Shown piece after piece: positions 35,090-35,520 of a DNA stretch of 35,520 nucleotides. Both the position numbers and the translations under genes were made by a program. Positions within the stretch are counted from its first letter, which is position 1; the number at the start of each line of letters is the position of its first letter. The notes under the pieces were generated by a model, which was not told the DNA's origin, ran no database searches, and saw only the letters and a program-made list of their open reading frames with translations. The stretch comes from Chiloscyllium plagiosum (lineage: Eukaryota): the NCBI RefSeq assembly GCF_004010195.1, contig NC_057718.1:35835489-35871008 (forward strand). The letters are read 5' to 3'.

Positions 35090-35520
35090 CGGCGATTCTT
35101 AAACTGATCATCTCCCCCCCATCCCGGGCACCGAACTAAATCAATAAACAAACAGCCGCAGGCACCTACCTCCGACCCTGTACATATTTGCCGCCATTCT
35201 GCCCCCCTTTTTTTAAATATTGTGGGGGCTTTTTCTTCACCCCTCCCCCGGGTTGATGAGAAGCTAATGATGGAGCCGGGAGTGGGGGGTGGATAGGAGG
35301 CGCTTCACTGCCTCCCGCCGCCTTTCAGTGGGGTTTGGGGGGGGGGGGGGGGATCAGGGAGTGGTAGCTACCGCCGCCCGGAAGCTTCCGGCTCCTTTCG
35401 CCGCCTCCTGCTGTTGTGGCAGCGCCGAGGCCAAAGCGGTCTCCCGACGCCCCACCCCCTACAGCCCCTCCCCCCATGCCCTCCCCCTAAAGCCCCGCCC
35501 CCATACCACACCCCTTGACA
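35090..35520 (-). promoter_or_regulatory. CpG/GC-rich promoter and 5'UTR region of the MTA3-like gene
   Basis: Abrupt rise in GC and CpG around and upstream of the ATG. Palindromic double ETS/GABP site CCGGAAGCTTCCGG (35378-35391), GC boxes (GCCCCGCCCC near 35492-35501), and YY1-type GCCGCCATT over the start codon. TSS position not determinable. Confidence 0.75.
35170..35197 (-). CDS. MTA3: MTA-family (metastasis-associated, NuRD subunit) coding exon 1, MAANMYRVG
   Basis: Reverse complement reads ATG GCG GCA AAT ATG TAC AGG GTC GGA G|gtaggt. This is the invariant MTA1/2/3 N-terminus MAANMYRVG, with a phase-1 GT donor at 35169-35168, inside a GC-rich region. Confidence 0.95.

Overview
Eukaryotic genomic DNA, almost certainly a cartilaginous fish (shark), judged from HE1/V-SINEs, SacSINE1-like DeuSINEs, HER1/CR1 LINEs and Penelope-like elements. 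The window holds the GC-rich promoter region and first three coding exons (28, 68, 94 nt; minus strand) of an MTA-family NuRD subunit gene, most likely MTA3. None of these exons is in the ORF track. Everything from 1 to 24050 is intron 3 (>24 kb; exon 4 not found) and is dense with decayed retroelements. Nearly all listed ORFs are pseudogenised LINE/PLE pieces or chance ORFs. The most interesting signal is a set of Penelope-like element (PLE) terminal fragments. Many are fold-back palindromes with arms of about 17-460 bp, most have 12-13 bp target-site duplications that overlap element microhomology, and several carry minimal type-I hammerhead ribozyme motifs, some on the sense strand of the host pre-mRNA. 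Repeat boundaries are read by eye and approximate unless a TSD is given. Family names come from recalled consensus sequences, not database searches.
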